In this document: positions 12,627 to 25,976 of the stretch, in pieces
How positions within the stretch are numbered: the stretch's first letter is position 1
Layout of the letters: every line of letters starts with the position of its first letter
NCBI RefSeq assembly: GCF_001194135.2
Contig: NC_069001.1
Coordinates: forward strand, 26,648,653 to 26,712,173
Length of the DNA: 63,521 bases
Source: Octopus bimaculoides
Lineage: Eukaryota
Direction of reading: 5' to 3'
Notes under the pieces: generated by a model
What the model saw: only the letters and a program-made list of their open reading frames with translations
What the model was told of the DNA's origin: nothing
Databases searched by the model: none
Made by a program: the position numbers and the translations under genes

Positions 12627-14179
12627 TATATATATATATATATATATACAGATATAGAGAGACACACATATCGCTAGATAGATAGATAGATAAATAGATA
12701 TGTCCAGACTTAATTAGAACATCTGAATATTGCTACAAATATCAATTGCTGCGTAGGCTTCAGGTCAGACATTTCGAGACAAGAAACATTCGATTAAATC
12801 AACATCTGCACTTTATTGATACATCTTTTATTGAAACAGGAAAGCTTAACCATCAAAGAGTCGACTTTGGTTAGTATTTAGCACAGAAGTGAATTAATTA
12901 ATCAATCATAACTATGTGCCTATAATGTATCAGTACGAACTAATAATTTCAGCGGAAACTTCTCTGGTTATTGTTGTTGAGCCACGTATGATCCTTCACG
13001 GATAAACATTTTATTGTATAATATTACCCTAATATTATGTATCTTTGGCGACGTTATAAATTGTGAGGTTTTATGATTGTAGGGTTTCATTTGAGAGATA
13101 TGTGACAGCTGTTCCTATCACGATGAACGGGAACTAGGGAACTACGTTCCCCACATCGGTTTACTTGGAAATATATGCGAACAACTTTGCCAGTGTGACA
13201 GACTGTTGTACATTACTTCTTGATATCTACGAGTAATTGTCGAACGATGTGATATGCCCTGCTATTGCACGAGGCTGCAAGTATATCCAATGCAATTATG
13301 TAATCTGTATGTGATGTTTGAAGCAGCGGTTTGTATTCCATATATTGAAATATTCAGAAATGATATGAATCACATATACTTTGAAGTTGTTAAAGAAATT
13401 TATACATAACTAGCCATTTTTCTAGTTACAGTGTTACATTATTTTTACGCAAAAAATATTATGAACACTTTATAACTTTTACATGTTTGCATAAATAAAC
13501 ATGCATTTCTCACATACGGGTATATATTTCTTTATCTATATTATTTAAATATTATACACCGTCTGTCTCACCTATTTTTGAATCAACGCATATAGTGCTA
13601 TTCCTTATTCCGTATTATCAAACAAATATTCCTAATGATATTCAAGCGTTCAAGCGTTCACATGTTTAATAAATATCGCATTTAATCGTTCAGTTTACAC
13701 AATCCCGCGTACATCCACAACGTGAAACACGGTGAAGTATCACCACCCCAAAATTGAATAATTCTATTTTCCTCAACGAGTCTTCTCCTTTTGTTTACAA
13801 TTGTTTACATCTCCGCTTTCTATCTCTGCCTCCCTATATACATACACGTGGGTGTGTGTTTACATTCACACACACTTAAACACAGGTTTAAACATACATA
13901 CAGACGCATATTTCCACATGCACATACGTCTTCAAAGAAGCTTTCCCATTCATAGATGTCTTATACTAGCGTATCATGTTATATAGTCTCTCGTGCAGAA
14001 TATTCCGACGATAATTTTCACATTCAAATTACCCTAAAGCATACAAGATAAAAAGTAAGATACTCCGTCATCAGACGACCCATGTAACTTGGATAAAATA
14101 TCAAACTTGAAATTTGCAGAGATAACAGCATACATGTTTACCTTTTTAGCATTTTTGTTGCTACTTTTATATTTGTCTG

Positions 14180-14550
14180 TGTCAGCTGCCCCCAAGTCTT
14201 TCCTGAGCAAGATAATATTTGATAAAATGCGTACAAACTGCATCCAGGGCATCTTCTACAGATAGCTTATTTTGAAATATGTTATCAAATTTATCAGTTC
14301 AATATCAAATGTGTCCATGGTTTTGATTTGAGCAAAGATGCTCTGTTAATCCCAATATGTTGAACATTCTCCTAGGAAGTACTGTCCTACATAAAAAGTA
14401 GTCCAAATGTGACCATCGCGTCTTCTTTTTTATCGTAGAGTACATTATCTAACATGTGATCTCCTTGTTTTGATTAGATAGGAATGTGTTCTGAGAGATA
14501 TTTTGCTTCCATTTTAGAGCTGGTTGATCGGTTGCATCTAAGGTCTCTCT
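14180..14550 (-). pseudogene. Fossil RTE-like LINE, apurinic-endonuclease region
   Basis: Minus-strand translation QNTFLSNQNKEITC*...SHLDYFLCR (14412-14386) then VLP/GECST across a frameshift. Matches the APE C-terminal motif NTF...ITY...SQIDY.L.R...V.PGE.C..QH. Multiple stops. Confidence 0.5.
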
Positions 14551-17108
14551 TTAAGCAAGCGAGAAAAGAACTTTATTATTGCATCTTACTAGAAAATCAC
14601 AAGCAAAAATATATTCTGCACTGAAGCAGTGACATATACCATACTTTATCTAATCGATTTTATAGTTGAACACAGGCTCTATAAATTATGATAAATGAGT
14701 GTTTCGATCGAAAATTATTTGCTGTGAAATACATAACGCATGGCACATATTTGCATCAAATAAGAATGATTCATTAGTATTCTTCTGTCTGTGCCAGAGA
14801 CAAGGAACTTGATCAGTTGTTCTCAATAGGTGAACTGAGGTGTATTGATTCAAATAAATGGGCGAAGAGTTCTGCCGCAGATATACAAAGAAAATATTGT
14901 TCAAGGCTTTAGATATTACGTATTAATTCTTGGAATGCCTTTATAGATATTTTTAAAACGTTAGGTTTAAAAATACATATATTTTAAATTAAACTTCAAA
15001 ATATAATAAATTGGGAAAAAAAAAAACACACTGACTAAAGTCCTGTATGATAAAAGAAAAACTTTAAATCTTTAATCTAAAATTATATTTTAATGTAAGT
15101 TTAATTCTTTCAATTTCTGAAATTAAAGACACTCAATATTTCTCAGTACTGATATTCTAACACTTACAATTCCGTTGTTCCTAAAAATATATTCTACACG
15201 CCTGATGTAGATTCTTTCTCTTTTGCTCTAGGGAAATAGTTCACCTGATTACACCGTAATCATATTTTCCTATGCATCATACGTAAGAGAAGATATTACG
15301 ATAGATATTCACATCCGTTTTCAATACTTTAAATAGGGGAGTTGATTACTTCCTACATATATTGGAGAAAATCTCTTGTCTAAAGCTGGCTTCTCCGAGA
15401 GCAATATTACAACTACGCTAAGCAATCTAATGATATGCATAGCAATTTACACAAACGTTCTACCCGCGTACAATGGTTATATTAAATTTTCTCGTCTAAT
15501 CCACCATTTTAGAAGGCTCTATTACGAACTGAATAGACCCTTTTGAATATTTTTATATTGTCAGGAACACAAAGAAAGAGAATCATAGATTCCTTGATAT
15601 GATTTTTCGTCTTTACAGCCAGCAAATCCACGTGACTATGTTTCGATTCTCATATAATTCACAAGCTAGGTGGGTGGATAACCCGTTTTCCAATGAGTGG
15701 GTTTTACTGAATGTTTTTATTATTGTGGCTTAGAGAGAAACCAGATAACACCTTCAGGGTTTCTTTCACACCAAATCGTTCAAATACTTGAGTGGACTCT
15801 TTCGAAAGGAGGCTTCATCCAGGTAATCGTATTGAATGGAATGTGGGATTAAGTTTACCACAACAACAGAAATTCCATTAGATTGATTACACATAAGATC
15901 ATGCGTGAAAACAGTGGTTAGCAGTATATGTACGGCATGCTGATTATTAGATGCTACATTTATAACGTGAAACATTCTAGCGTTTAATGTTCACCGAAAG
16001 ATATAAAACTTGCAGCACAATCAGATACACAGCCGCGCTTTTGTGTTTGATTCAGCTACGAATTTCATCTCCCCGCCGCGCTCTCTCAATTTCTCTCTCT
16101 ATCTCCCCATATATATATATATATATATATATATANNNNNNNNNNATGTGTGTGTGTGTGTGTATAATTGTTGTACTATAAATGTGTGTGTGTGTATGTA
16201 CAAAAAGAGAGAGAGGGATATGTAAATCTGTGTGTATTTGTACATTCGCACATATGAAGTAAAAATGATTGACACTTAATTAGAAATTAGATTTTATGGC
16301 AAAGCTTTACATGCTCGATGCTTCAGTGTCCACACTGTGAAAATAGTGACACAGAACACTCGAACACAAACACGTATGTGTGTGTGTGTGTGTATGCCTA
16401 TGTCTATATGTATTTGTATGCGTGTGTTTTTCAGAGAGAGAGACATACAGACAGACAGACAGAGAGGGATGGATAGAGAGAGAGATCTTCATGAGGAAGT
16501 AAGGATGTATAAAGAAATGTTGCTCTGAAACGTCATCGTTGAACAGACTTCAAGACGTATTAGCCTAATAGAACAATACAAAGCCTTGATATGATCAAAT
16601 AATATTTCTATTGTCGACATATTTGACACACTTTTATCGGAAATACCTTACGTCTTATTAACTTACCTGTCAATGTTATTTAATACAATAGACCGAAACA
16701 AGTGTCAGAACCATGATTTCATCGGAATATTATTTAGCTTCGTTCTTTACAGTGTTTAGTTTCGTCACAGAACTATATTTGAGTTCGAATCACATGTTAA
16801 TGAATTTTGTGAATACATATGAAAATTAGACGTTTAGATTATTTTGTAGACTTGAATCAGACCTGCAGTAGAGATGGCATGTTGTTGATGAGGTCGCGTA
16901 TGGGGATGAAATAACTTTGTCAAATCAATACGTCTCATTGGCTGACAGCACAATTAATCAAATAGTCGATTAGTTTCTTTTTTAAATACGAACAGAAGGA
17001 CCCGGTTTCACTCGGGTTATAACCAATAGCCTTAACACGGTATATATACACACATATATATATATACGTATCTGGTGTTAGAGGGGTAAAGTGATGCAGC
17101 GGTAGAAA

Positions 17109-17204
17109 GGGGTGATTATGAGACTAGCAGGGGTGATTATGAGACTAGCAGGGGTGATTATGAGACTAGCAGGGGTGATTATGAGACTAGCAGGGGTGAT
17201 GATG
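17109..17204. repeat. 21-bp minisatellite, 4 perfect copies plus a partial
   Basis: Unit ggggtgattatgagactagca at 17109, 17130, 17151 and 17172. Confidence 0.97.
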
Positions 17205-17420
17205 TCTGTGATAGACATGTCTAGCTCGCGTTAATATCGGAATTTGACATGAATCATATAAATAAAACAATATTACTTATTTTTAATAATAAAAAAATAA
17301 AGTGAAGACCATGTTAGGCATTCTACCTGAAATCATTCACGCAACCCAAGTATGGAACCAATTTGCGTTCTCGTGTGAAAAGCGAATGCACACACACGCA
17401 CACGCACATGCACACACACG

Positions 17421-17455
<35 letters not shown>

Positions 17456-17843
17456 NNNNNNNNNNNNNNNNNNNNNNNNNNNNNNNNNNNNNNNNNNNNN
17501 NNNNNNNNNNNNNNNNNNNNNNNNNNNNNNNNNNNNNNNNNNNNNNNNNNNNNNNNNNNNNNNNNNNNNNNNNNNNNNNNNNNNNNNNNNNNNNNNNNNN
17601 NNNNNNNNNNNNNNNNNNNNNNNNNNNNNNNNNNNNNNNNNNNNNNNNNNNNNNNNNNNNNNNNNNNNNNNNNNNNNNNNNNNNNNNNNNNNNNNNNNNN
17701 NNNNNNNNNNNNNNNNNNNNNNNNNNNNNNNNNNNNNNNNNNNNNNNNNNNNNNNNNNNNNNNNNNNNNNNNNNNNNNNNNNNNNNNNNNNNNNNNNNNN
17801 NNNNNNNNNNNNNNNNNNNNNNNNNNNNNNNNNNNNNNNNNNN

Positions 17844-17965
<122 letters not shown>

Positions 17966-18033
17966 GAAATAACCCAGCTAACATAGATACAAGTCCTAAA
18001 ATTTCGACAGAAGGGGCTAGCTCATCACATCAA

Positions 18034-18066
<33 letters not shown>

Positions 18067-18119
18067 AAGAAGAAGAGTAAGAAGTGAAATGAGTTTATTG
18101 TTAGTATATGATCTTCTCG

Positions 18120-18299
18120 AGGCACAAGATTAGAAATTGAAGGGTCGGAAGAAAGAACAGTCTTATTACACCAATCCCTAGTACTTTGCTGAGGTTTTAT
18201 CTTTTCGATCTTGAAAGAATGAAAGCAAAACTTATTATATCTGAATTTGAACTCAGAGTACAAAATCCGGAGCATCGGAACGCTAACGATTCTGCCAAC
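18120..18299 (-). mobile_element. SINE family A, degenerate
   Basis: aatttgaactcagag...cgctaacgattctgcca is the reverse complement of tggcagaatcgttagcg...ctctgagttcaaatt. Confidence 0.8.
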
Positions 18300-18394
18300 C
18301 CATCATTACGTACCTCTACATTAATAACTGTGGTAACTGATATATTGTTTTTGGAATTATTCGTTGATACAAATGTGTTTCCAGTTGTAAGCTT

Positions 18395-18690
18395 GAGAAG
18401 CTCGCTTTACGGCCATGCGTTTTAGGGATTACCCTCTTCGCGCTACATCTTGGGCAATTGTTACATTGGGTAAGTGTCCGTGTTTGTTCCCAGCCTCTGC
18501 TTCACAAATGGAGATGGTTTGTTCTTGTCCCCGTCACAAAGTGGGTCGGCGGAAGAGAACGATAAAATACGTAAAACACTTAGAAATAAATACTGGTAAC
18601 GATTTGCTCGACTGAGGACTGTAAGGCGGTGCTCCAGCATGGCTGTAGCCCAGTGACTGAGCCAAATAAAACGAAAGAAAAAAGATAAAA
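18395..18690 (+). mobile_element. SINE family C-related copy
   Basis: cttgggcaa block; gtccccgtcacaaagtgggtcggcggaagag; gatttgctcgact...aaggcggtgctccagcatggc 3' block nearly identical to 35416-35452. Confidence 0.8.
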
Positions 18691-19491
18691 CGTAACCTTC
18701 TAGTATGCAACAGGCACAATATTCTCGCATGTATACTGTAACCTTTTGAAATGATAGAGTATTATTTGAAGAATGTTTGACTGCTATTTCTACCAGGTCT
18801 AGCAACCATGTACAGCGGCCCTAACTACTTGGTTCGGGAAACAAAAGAGTTAAGTGTATAGACAAACTCCACATGGCAGAGCAACACGGAAATGTCACGC
18901 AGTGTTTATTTACGTTCCGCTATATGTTGAGTTCATGTATACATCCGAGGGTGATTTTCACTTTCCACTTTACTGGCGAAGACTCTCTACGCCGATTAGC
19001 TGTTAAGCACAAGATCGAGGTAATCTAGCTGTCTCTCACCAGCCCGAAAATGTGTGTCTTTGCGCCATATGTATATCCTTGACAGAAACTTATTCTTTCA
19101 GTTTGACAAATACAAAATCATTAAAATTACACGTCTGAATGAAACAGTATTTCCTACAATTATTTACACTCAACGAGAGAGCGGTGTATGTTGAAAAACC
19201 GGCAAAGCGGCTGAGAAATTACTTTGTGGTAATCAGAATGTAAAGAGCCGTAACTAAGTACTATGAAGCATGTTTTAAAGATTGTCTAACTATTCTACCA
19301 CCTACTGCCATCCTTTCGGCTAATTTTTGGCTTTTAAATTAAGTCGCAGACAGATTTGTGATTATCGACATCCCAGTATGAGAAAAGAAAAACTTCCACC
19401 TCAGCAAGATTTATCTGCCAATCTACTTCTTTTCTTTGCACTGAAGATTAATAAAACCACTCTTGTTTCTGTTTTATTATATTATCAATGC

Positions 19492-20372
19492 AAAAGACAG
19501 TGACCTGGCAGAATCGTTACTGCGCCGTGCAAAATATTTAGCAGCATTTCAACCGCCTCTCCGTTCGGATTTTAAATTTACCACCGAGATAAACATTGCC
19601 TTTCATACTTCCGCAGTTGCTAAAATAAGTACCAGTCAAGTACTGGAGTCGATGTAATCGACTACCCCCTTATTCCAAAATATCAGGTCTTGTGCCTATT
19701 AGAGAAAGGATTATTCTATTAATGTACAAGGCGGTGAGTTGAAAAAATCGTTACAGCGTTGTGCGAAATGTCTAGTGGTATTTCCTACGTCTTAACGCTC
19801 GGATTTCTGTTTTACCACCGAGGTGACCTTTGCCTCTCCTCTCTTAAATTCTATACATTAAGTACTAGTCAACCACTATAGTTGATATAATTCACTATCC
19901 TCCTCCCCGGAAGTGTTATTCCTTGCTTCTATCTATAGTACAAAGAATTATATTAGCAGCGAAAAAGCGACGAACTGCTAGAATCGTTAACATATCGCAC
20001 AAAATATTAGCGGTATTTCTTCTGAATATTTGTTTCACGTGTTCGTAACCCATCGAGTCAACTTCATTTTTTCAACTTTCCAGGATAGAGGACAAAGATT
20101 TCAAAATGAATGCAGCTAGTCGTTACTACGCCGTCTATCTTAACGTTCTGAGATCATATTCCGCCGAGGTCGTCTTTGCATTTCATCCTTTCGGGGTCGA
20201 GCATTGGGGTGGATGCAATCGACTGTCTTCTTCCTCCAATATTGCTGGCATTGTTCCAGTGGTTCAGACCAGGTGTTGATGAAATAAGTATCACATGAGC
20301 ACTGCAGTCCATGTAATCGACTTAGCACTCCCACCTGAAATTGCTAGCATGGCACCAAAATTTGAAATCAGT
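19492..20372 (+). mobile_element. Cluster of 4-5 same-orientation SINE family A copies
   Basis: Heads near 19495, 19727 and 19960; bodies with ccgccgaggtcg.ctttgc.tttcatcctttcggggtcga; tails near 19700, 20240 and 20365. Confidence 0.85.
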
Positions 20373-21234
20373 ATGAAATTGTTGTTTAGAACGATTTTAT
20401 ATTGAAGTGTTTGAAACGGGACTCGAAACCGGAAGGTTAATCTCGATTCGACACATCTTGGTAATATCTAGTACTACAGCAATCACTTTCAAACTATACA
20501 GCATTGGGGTGGGGGCGGAAGCCAGTAAATAAGCTCATAGAAGAAGATTGAAAATATATTATTTTAAAAGGACCCCAGGGATTCACACATCAGATCAGTA
20601 TTCTGTTATAAATATCTTTGAAAAGCAATCTGAGAAATAACTTACATAGACGATGCTTATGTATATCTTTTTTTGTATTTTTATGATATTTTAAGTTTTT
20701 ATTTATTTATTTGTTAGTTATTATTCACCAAAATGAAGTACGAGATATCGTATTACACATTAAGGAAATTATATTTTTGCGGAGCGAATTCTTGATGTAA
20801 TTGGTTTAAAAATTGGTTTAACGTAAAAATTATTCCTCGTAGAAATCTGAGTAACTAATTCAAATATATTCTAGGCTAAGTAATTTACTACTAAAATTAT
20901 ATCCGTCAGAAACTGTGAGAATATCACTTATTACTGCATCTAGAATCAGATATTGGTGAGGCTATTTCAGGCTGAAATAAAGTTAATTAAGAGTTTCATA
21001 CTATTTCAGATAGTAACTTTCATTGTTCAATTTAATAGTTTCAGTTTTAGACGAATGGCTGCAGTCATGCTGTCGCACCACCTAGATTTTCTGTTACTTT
21101 TTCACGAACCACTCCTATACATACTACGGTATTTGTTTTATCGCTCTTATTTAATAGTTTCCAATTTTGATAGCTGGCTAGCAACTTTCATGGGACATCG
21201 GTGTTCAACTGGTACTTATATTACCGGTCCCCGT

Positions 21235-21330
21235 AAAATTGAAAAATGTTGACCATGGTGGAATTTGAACCTACAACGTAAAGAGACAGAGTTAATGCTG
21301 ATAACCAATTTCCCATCTCGCTACCGGTCA
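21235..21330 (-). mobile_element. SINE family A fragment
   Basis: gttgaccatggtggaatttgaacctacaacgtaaagagac is the reverse complement of the family A body. Confidence 0.7.
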
Positions 21331-21413
21331 TATCAGTTTTTACGCACTACCAAATGAAAATGCTCGTTTCCATAAGTTGAGAGCGGCTCAACTTTGCATC
21401 ATTAATACCATAG

Positions 21414-21865
21414 TGAAGACAGCGAGCTAGCAGAGTCGCTAGAATGCAGGGCGAAATGCTTAGCTGTGTTGTCTGCCGTTACGTTCTGAGTTCAAATTCC
21501 GCCGAGGTCGACTTTGCCTTTTATCCTTTCGGCTTCGATAAATTAAATACCAGTTGTGTACCGGGTTCCATCTAATCGATGGCCTCTTCCCCCAAAATTT
21601 CAGGCCTTGTACCTAGAGTAGAAAAAGATTGATTCCACAGTTAAGATGGTGAGCTGGCAGAATCGTTAGCACGCTGAATGAAATGCTTAGCGATATTTCG
21701 CCCGTCGCTACGTTGAGTACAAATTCCGCCGAGGTTGACTTTGACTTACATCCTTTCGGGGGTCAATAAAATAAGCACCAATTGAACACTGAGGTCGATG
21801 TTATCTGCTCATCCCCTCACCAAACAAAATTGCTGCCCTTGTGGCAAAATTTTAAGCCATTATTA
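21414..21865 (+). mobile_element. Two head-to-tail full-length SINE family A copies (tRNA-derived head, Nin/Deu-like central domain)
   Basis: gg(c/t)gagctggcagaatcgttagc head with A box, gttctgagttcaaattcc B-box-like element, and central gaggtcgactttgccttt(c)atcctttcgg..tcgataaattaa.tacca resembling the Nin/Deu SINE domain. Confidence 0.92.
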
Positions 21866-23864
21866 ATATCGCAGTTCATTTCTACTCGAAAGTAATTTTT
21901 CCTTCATTTCTGTTTTCATTACTGTTTTTTCACTTCAGGTCAGTTTAAATGCTAACCCCTTATAAGCATCTACACTTCTAATGCGGCAGGAAAATTAAAT
22001 GTTTTTCAATAAATACCGGTAAAAATATATATTCACATTCTCTTTATCTAATTCATATTCAGACAGACACTGTACACATATCTAAGTAAACTCATGAGGC
22101 ACACAGTGCGTAGATGCCTCCTTTAGACAAATTAAGATGTACTAAACTTCATGCGTTCTCTCTCTCCTTCTCTCTATCTCTCTGTTCGCGTGTGGTTGTG
22201 TAAGGGTACTTTATGGTTTTGTCTTCTTTCACTATGTATTGACCTCTTCAACGTGTGGTAGACAATCACTTGCTTAAAGGCTGCACCGTGGCATCATTTC
22301 TCTATCCACACGGTCGAAAAATGAACTTCTTAATTGCCTCTGGTCATACTGTGCGCAAATAAACCTAATTCTGGACAATTATTTTGAAACCTTTCAAATT
22401 ATTTCAGTTATCCTTCTAAGCTTATATATTTTGATCTAAGTCTCTCAAACATTTTTAAGAGCTTTTCAAAAGAGGAGAAATAAGAATATCAGATGATATA
22501 AATTAAGACCATTACACAGAGGAGTGGAGGAAGTACCAGGACGGTACAATTTTTTTTTTTTAATAATTGATATGTACTTTCTGTCAATATTCGCTCTGAG
22601 TTCGAATCCTGACGAGGTCTACGCTTTCTCTAATCATTTCTGGTCAATAAAATAAATGGATTAAATCCCTAATTTTCTTTCTAACTTGGAAGCGTGATTA
22701 TAATCCGAAATTAGCACCACTTAGAAACTTGAATGAAAGTTGTAAAACTAAGAAAGTATGGTGTTTTCATCTCATTTAAGCCGTAATTAAAAACTTCTAG
22801 AATGTTGATCTGGCGGAATGTAATATTCTGTTTAAATGATGAGTTTGACTTGGTTTCCATTATTGATTGGAAGTATGCAAAGATTTCATCAATGCTATTT
22901 TCTTATTATTCGAAAATATACGACATAACTCATTAAAAGAACCTAACATTTGATAAGAATTTTAGTTGTATGTGTTAAGTCACTGTAAACTTAAGATTGC
23001 ATACAATTGCGAATTCTAGAAGTGAGATGGTTTAAAATATATCAAACATCGAAGTAAGTCTTATGAGTATTATTGTGCGAAGCTTACGGAATATATACGA
23101 GGAAGATATTAATATGTCTAATATGGATACATTTATCTGAATATCTTTCGAACGAATCCACGTAACGAAACTAACTGGAGAATGAAGCAATTATATATAA
23201 CACTAGATATATACGATCGTTTTGGAACAATATATAACATGATGTAAAGAAATGAAGAAATATTTAAGAAACAAAAATATAGCTCATTATTTTTGGCAAA
23301 GGAAATTTAGACAGCCATCTGTCTTCTCTAATTTTTTTTTCATTGGGCCCAATTATTAAACAAAACAACAAGAACATAATTTATTTTCTATATATCATAA
23401 AAATATGTTCTGTTAATCGAAAAATGCGAAAGAAGCTATTTAAGCAATAAAAAATATTCTTGATGTGAGGGAAGTAAAAGCTAAGTCTTTGTTAATCTTT
23501 TGCGAAAAATCAAACGTTCTAATTAGAATTTCACAGTTCATAGATCACAAAGTCAATTTGACGGAAAATTTTGTAAATAAATGTTAGAACTATCTTAGTA
23601 CACTATAGTTCAAACTTTGTTGAACAGACAGTCTATAATTTGTGGTAGCTATATTTTAAAGATAAGCAGGTTTGCAAACAGACAGTCTATAATATATGAG
23701 AAGTATATGATAGACAAGAAAAAACGAAGGGTGAGATTATATGGAGAGTTACACTAATCTAAGAATAAAAAGATTGGCTAAACTTTTATATGCTGATGTA
23801 AAAGGTTCAAATAAAAGTTTATGGCATATTCTTGTGCGTTTTGCATTTTTCAATTCAGAAAGGC

Positions 23865-24230
23865 CATGTGGTTATATGGTTAAGAATCCTCTTTTGAATC
23901 GTGTGATTTCGGATTAAATCTCTTTGCGCGGAGTAAGTAACTTCTACTATAGCACCAGACTGATCAATGCATAGCGAGTGAATTTGGTAGTCGGAAACGA
24001 TATGGAAGCCCATAATATATATATGTATATATGTGTGTGTGTTTGTTCCCCCGTCACTACTTCAAAGCAGGGATAACTTTGTTTATGTTCCCGTAACTTT
24101 GTGGTTCGGCAAAACAGAGAGAATAAATAACAGACTTGAAAGACAAGAATTGCCTTCAATTCGTTCAACTAAACCTTTCTAAGGCGGCGCTTTAGTCCAA
24201 CCGAAGTCTGATAACTGAAACGGAAGGAAA
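23865..24230 (+). mobile_element. SINE family C, degenerate full length
   Basis: ggccatgtggttatatggttaag head; cttctactatagc; gtgaatttggtagtcggaaac..ggaagccc then (TA)(TG) tract; cccgtaactttgtggttcggcaaaa. Confidence 0.8.
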
Positions 24231-24334
24231 ATAGTAAAACGTTCTGAAATTACTTTGTGTTATTTCTTCTTTTTTGTTCTTTTACTTTCTCAATTTAATC
24301 CCACTAAGATCAAGTTGGCTGGTTATTGCTCTGG

Positions 24335-24410
24335 TTTCGATAATACAAAGTATCCCTCAAGTATTGTAAACGATTTATCGAGTAGCTTCTCCCCCTCAAA
24401 ATTGCTAGTC
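24335..24410 (+). mobile_element. SINE family A tail fragment
   Basis: gatttatcgagtagcttctccccctcaaaattgctagtc. Confidence 0.5.
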
Positions 24411-24721
24411 TAAATCTAACGAAAAGAAAACGAACGAGTAAACAAAGAAATAAAACTTTATTTGAATTGCTAATACTAATTGATGTCAGAATTAGAAGAA
24501 AAAAAGGATAAAATGTTTTAAGATGTTTAGTCACATTTCATTAAGTTCCACTTTCAAATCCCACAGCGCGCAATTATGCATTTTCATCGTGCGTGGGTAG
24601 CTGATAGTAAATTTATGTCAATGACTGAAGGCATTATGAAGTCTAACGTCTCCCCTACAAAATGTGTGTCGTGTTACTTATATTTGAAATTCTTTATTCA
24701 CATCATTATAATGTAGTGAAT

Positions 24722-25048
24722 GCCTATATGTTAGTGGTTAGAGCATCGTCGTACAGGTCGTAAGTTCCATTCCTGGTATGTGTGCGGCGGTCTTGAGCAA
24801 GACACTTTATTTCACGTTCTTCTAGCTCCCTCAGCTGCAGAAATGAGTTGTGATGTCACTGAGAGCCAAGTTGTAACAGCTTTTGCCTGTTCCCTGCACA
24901 ACATCGGTGGTGTGGAGAGGAGTGACTGGTATGCGTGGGTGATTGCTGGTCTTCCGCAAACAAACAGGTCCAGACTTGTACCTCGGAGACGAACTTTCAA
25001 GGTGCTACCCCATGGTCATTCATGAACGAAGACTGTCTTTTACTTTTC
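24722..25048 (+). mobile_element. SINE family D, full length
   Basis: tRNA-like head (tagtggttagagc A box, taagttccattcc B-box-like), CORE/Meta-like cttgagcaagacactttatttcac block, body shared with 8395-8575. Confidence 0.85.
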
Positions 25049-25380
25049 ATACATGGTAGACAGTAGAGTTAGTTGAGCAGCAGATAAAGCGATTTGTTTA
25101 ATCACATCAGATTATTTTCTTCACTGTTCAAAAACCCACAAAGATAAACATTTACTTTTATCTTTTAACATAATTATTAACTAATCATACAGTGAGACCA
25201 GTTTAATGAAATACACTTCTCCTTGTAAAACCATTTCAGATTTTATACGAGTTAGAAGTCGTTATGAACGCAAAAGGAGTGCACTTTTTTTCTTTTTTTT
25301 TTATGAAAGCAACTGGTTGTTACTGTTAATATTGTTTATCTGCACGTCAGCTTTGATACAGCAGATCTATTCTGTTACGA

Positions 25381-25766
25381 GTTGAGGTGCAATGGCCCAG
25401 TTGTTAGGGCAGCGGACTCGTGGTCATAGAATCGCGATTTCGATTCCCAGACCGGGCGTTGTGTGTGTGTTATTGAGCGAAAACACCTAAAGATCCACGA
25501 GGATCCGGCCGGGGATGGTGGCGACCCCTGCTGTACTCTTTCACCACAACTTTCTCCCACTCTTACTTCCCGTTTATGTTGTGCCTGTAATTCAAGGGTC
25601 AGCCTTGTCACACTGTCACGCTGAATATCCCCGAGAACTACGTTATGGGTACACGTGTCTGTGGAATGCTCAGCCACATGCACGTTAATTTCACGAGCAA
25701 GGTGTTCCGTTGATCGGATCAACTGGAACCCTCGACGTCGTAAGCGACGGAGTACCAAATAACAAC
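25381..25766 (+). mobile_element. SINE family B (tRNA-Arg-like head; resembles octopus OR-type SINEs) with 12-bp TSD
   Basis: gcaatggcccagttgttagggcagcggactcg...gatttcgattcccag head; (AAC) tail; flanking attctgttacga (25369-25380) and attctattacga (25767-25778). Highly similar to 46724-47108. Confidence 0.93.
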
Positions 25767-25829
25767 ATTCTATTACGATCAGACAATTTTTAATGTAAAA
25801 GAAAGGGGTAAACTTCTGATCGCAACAAC

Positions 25830-25976
25830 ATAAATTGTTCAAACAGGGAAATTAATGTTCGAAGATTGAGATTACGTCGTCCTCAATTGTTTAACGGTAG
25901 GTGGTGAACGGTTCGACCCGTTGCAGCTCCGTCTCTCGTTTTGGTACTAACCGCATGAAGCCTCTGCTGTCTTCTC
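25830..25976. repeat. Copy 1 of a diverged ~150-bp direct duplication
   Basis: ataaattgttcaaacagggaaattaatgttcgaa...gcagctccgtctctcgtttt...ctgctgtcttctc recurs at 26483-26631. Confidence 0.92.

Noticed and set aside
17109-17204. CRISPR-like array
   Set aside because: Units are contiguous with no unique spacers; eukaryotic minisatellite.
21900-22025. Very strong plus-strand acceptor (ttttttcacttcag|) at 21938
   Set aside because: All frames close within 9 codons and the donor is weak; unsupported without RNA data. The same applies to acceptors at about 27100 and 28424.
25381-25460. tRNA-Arg-like sequence (also 46724-46800)
   Set aside because: SINE head: no complete acceptor stem, and it continues into a repeat body with tail and TSD.
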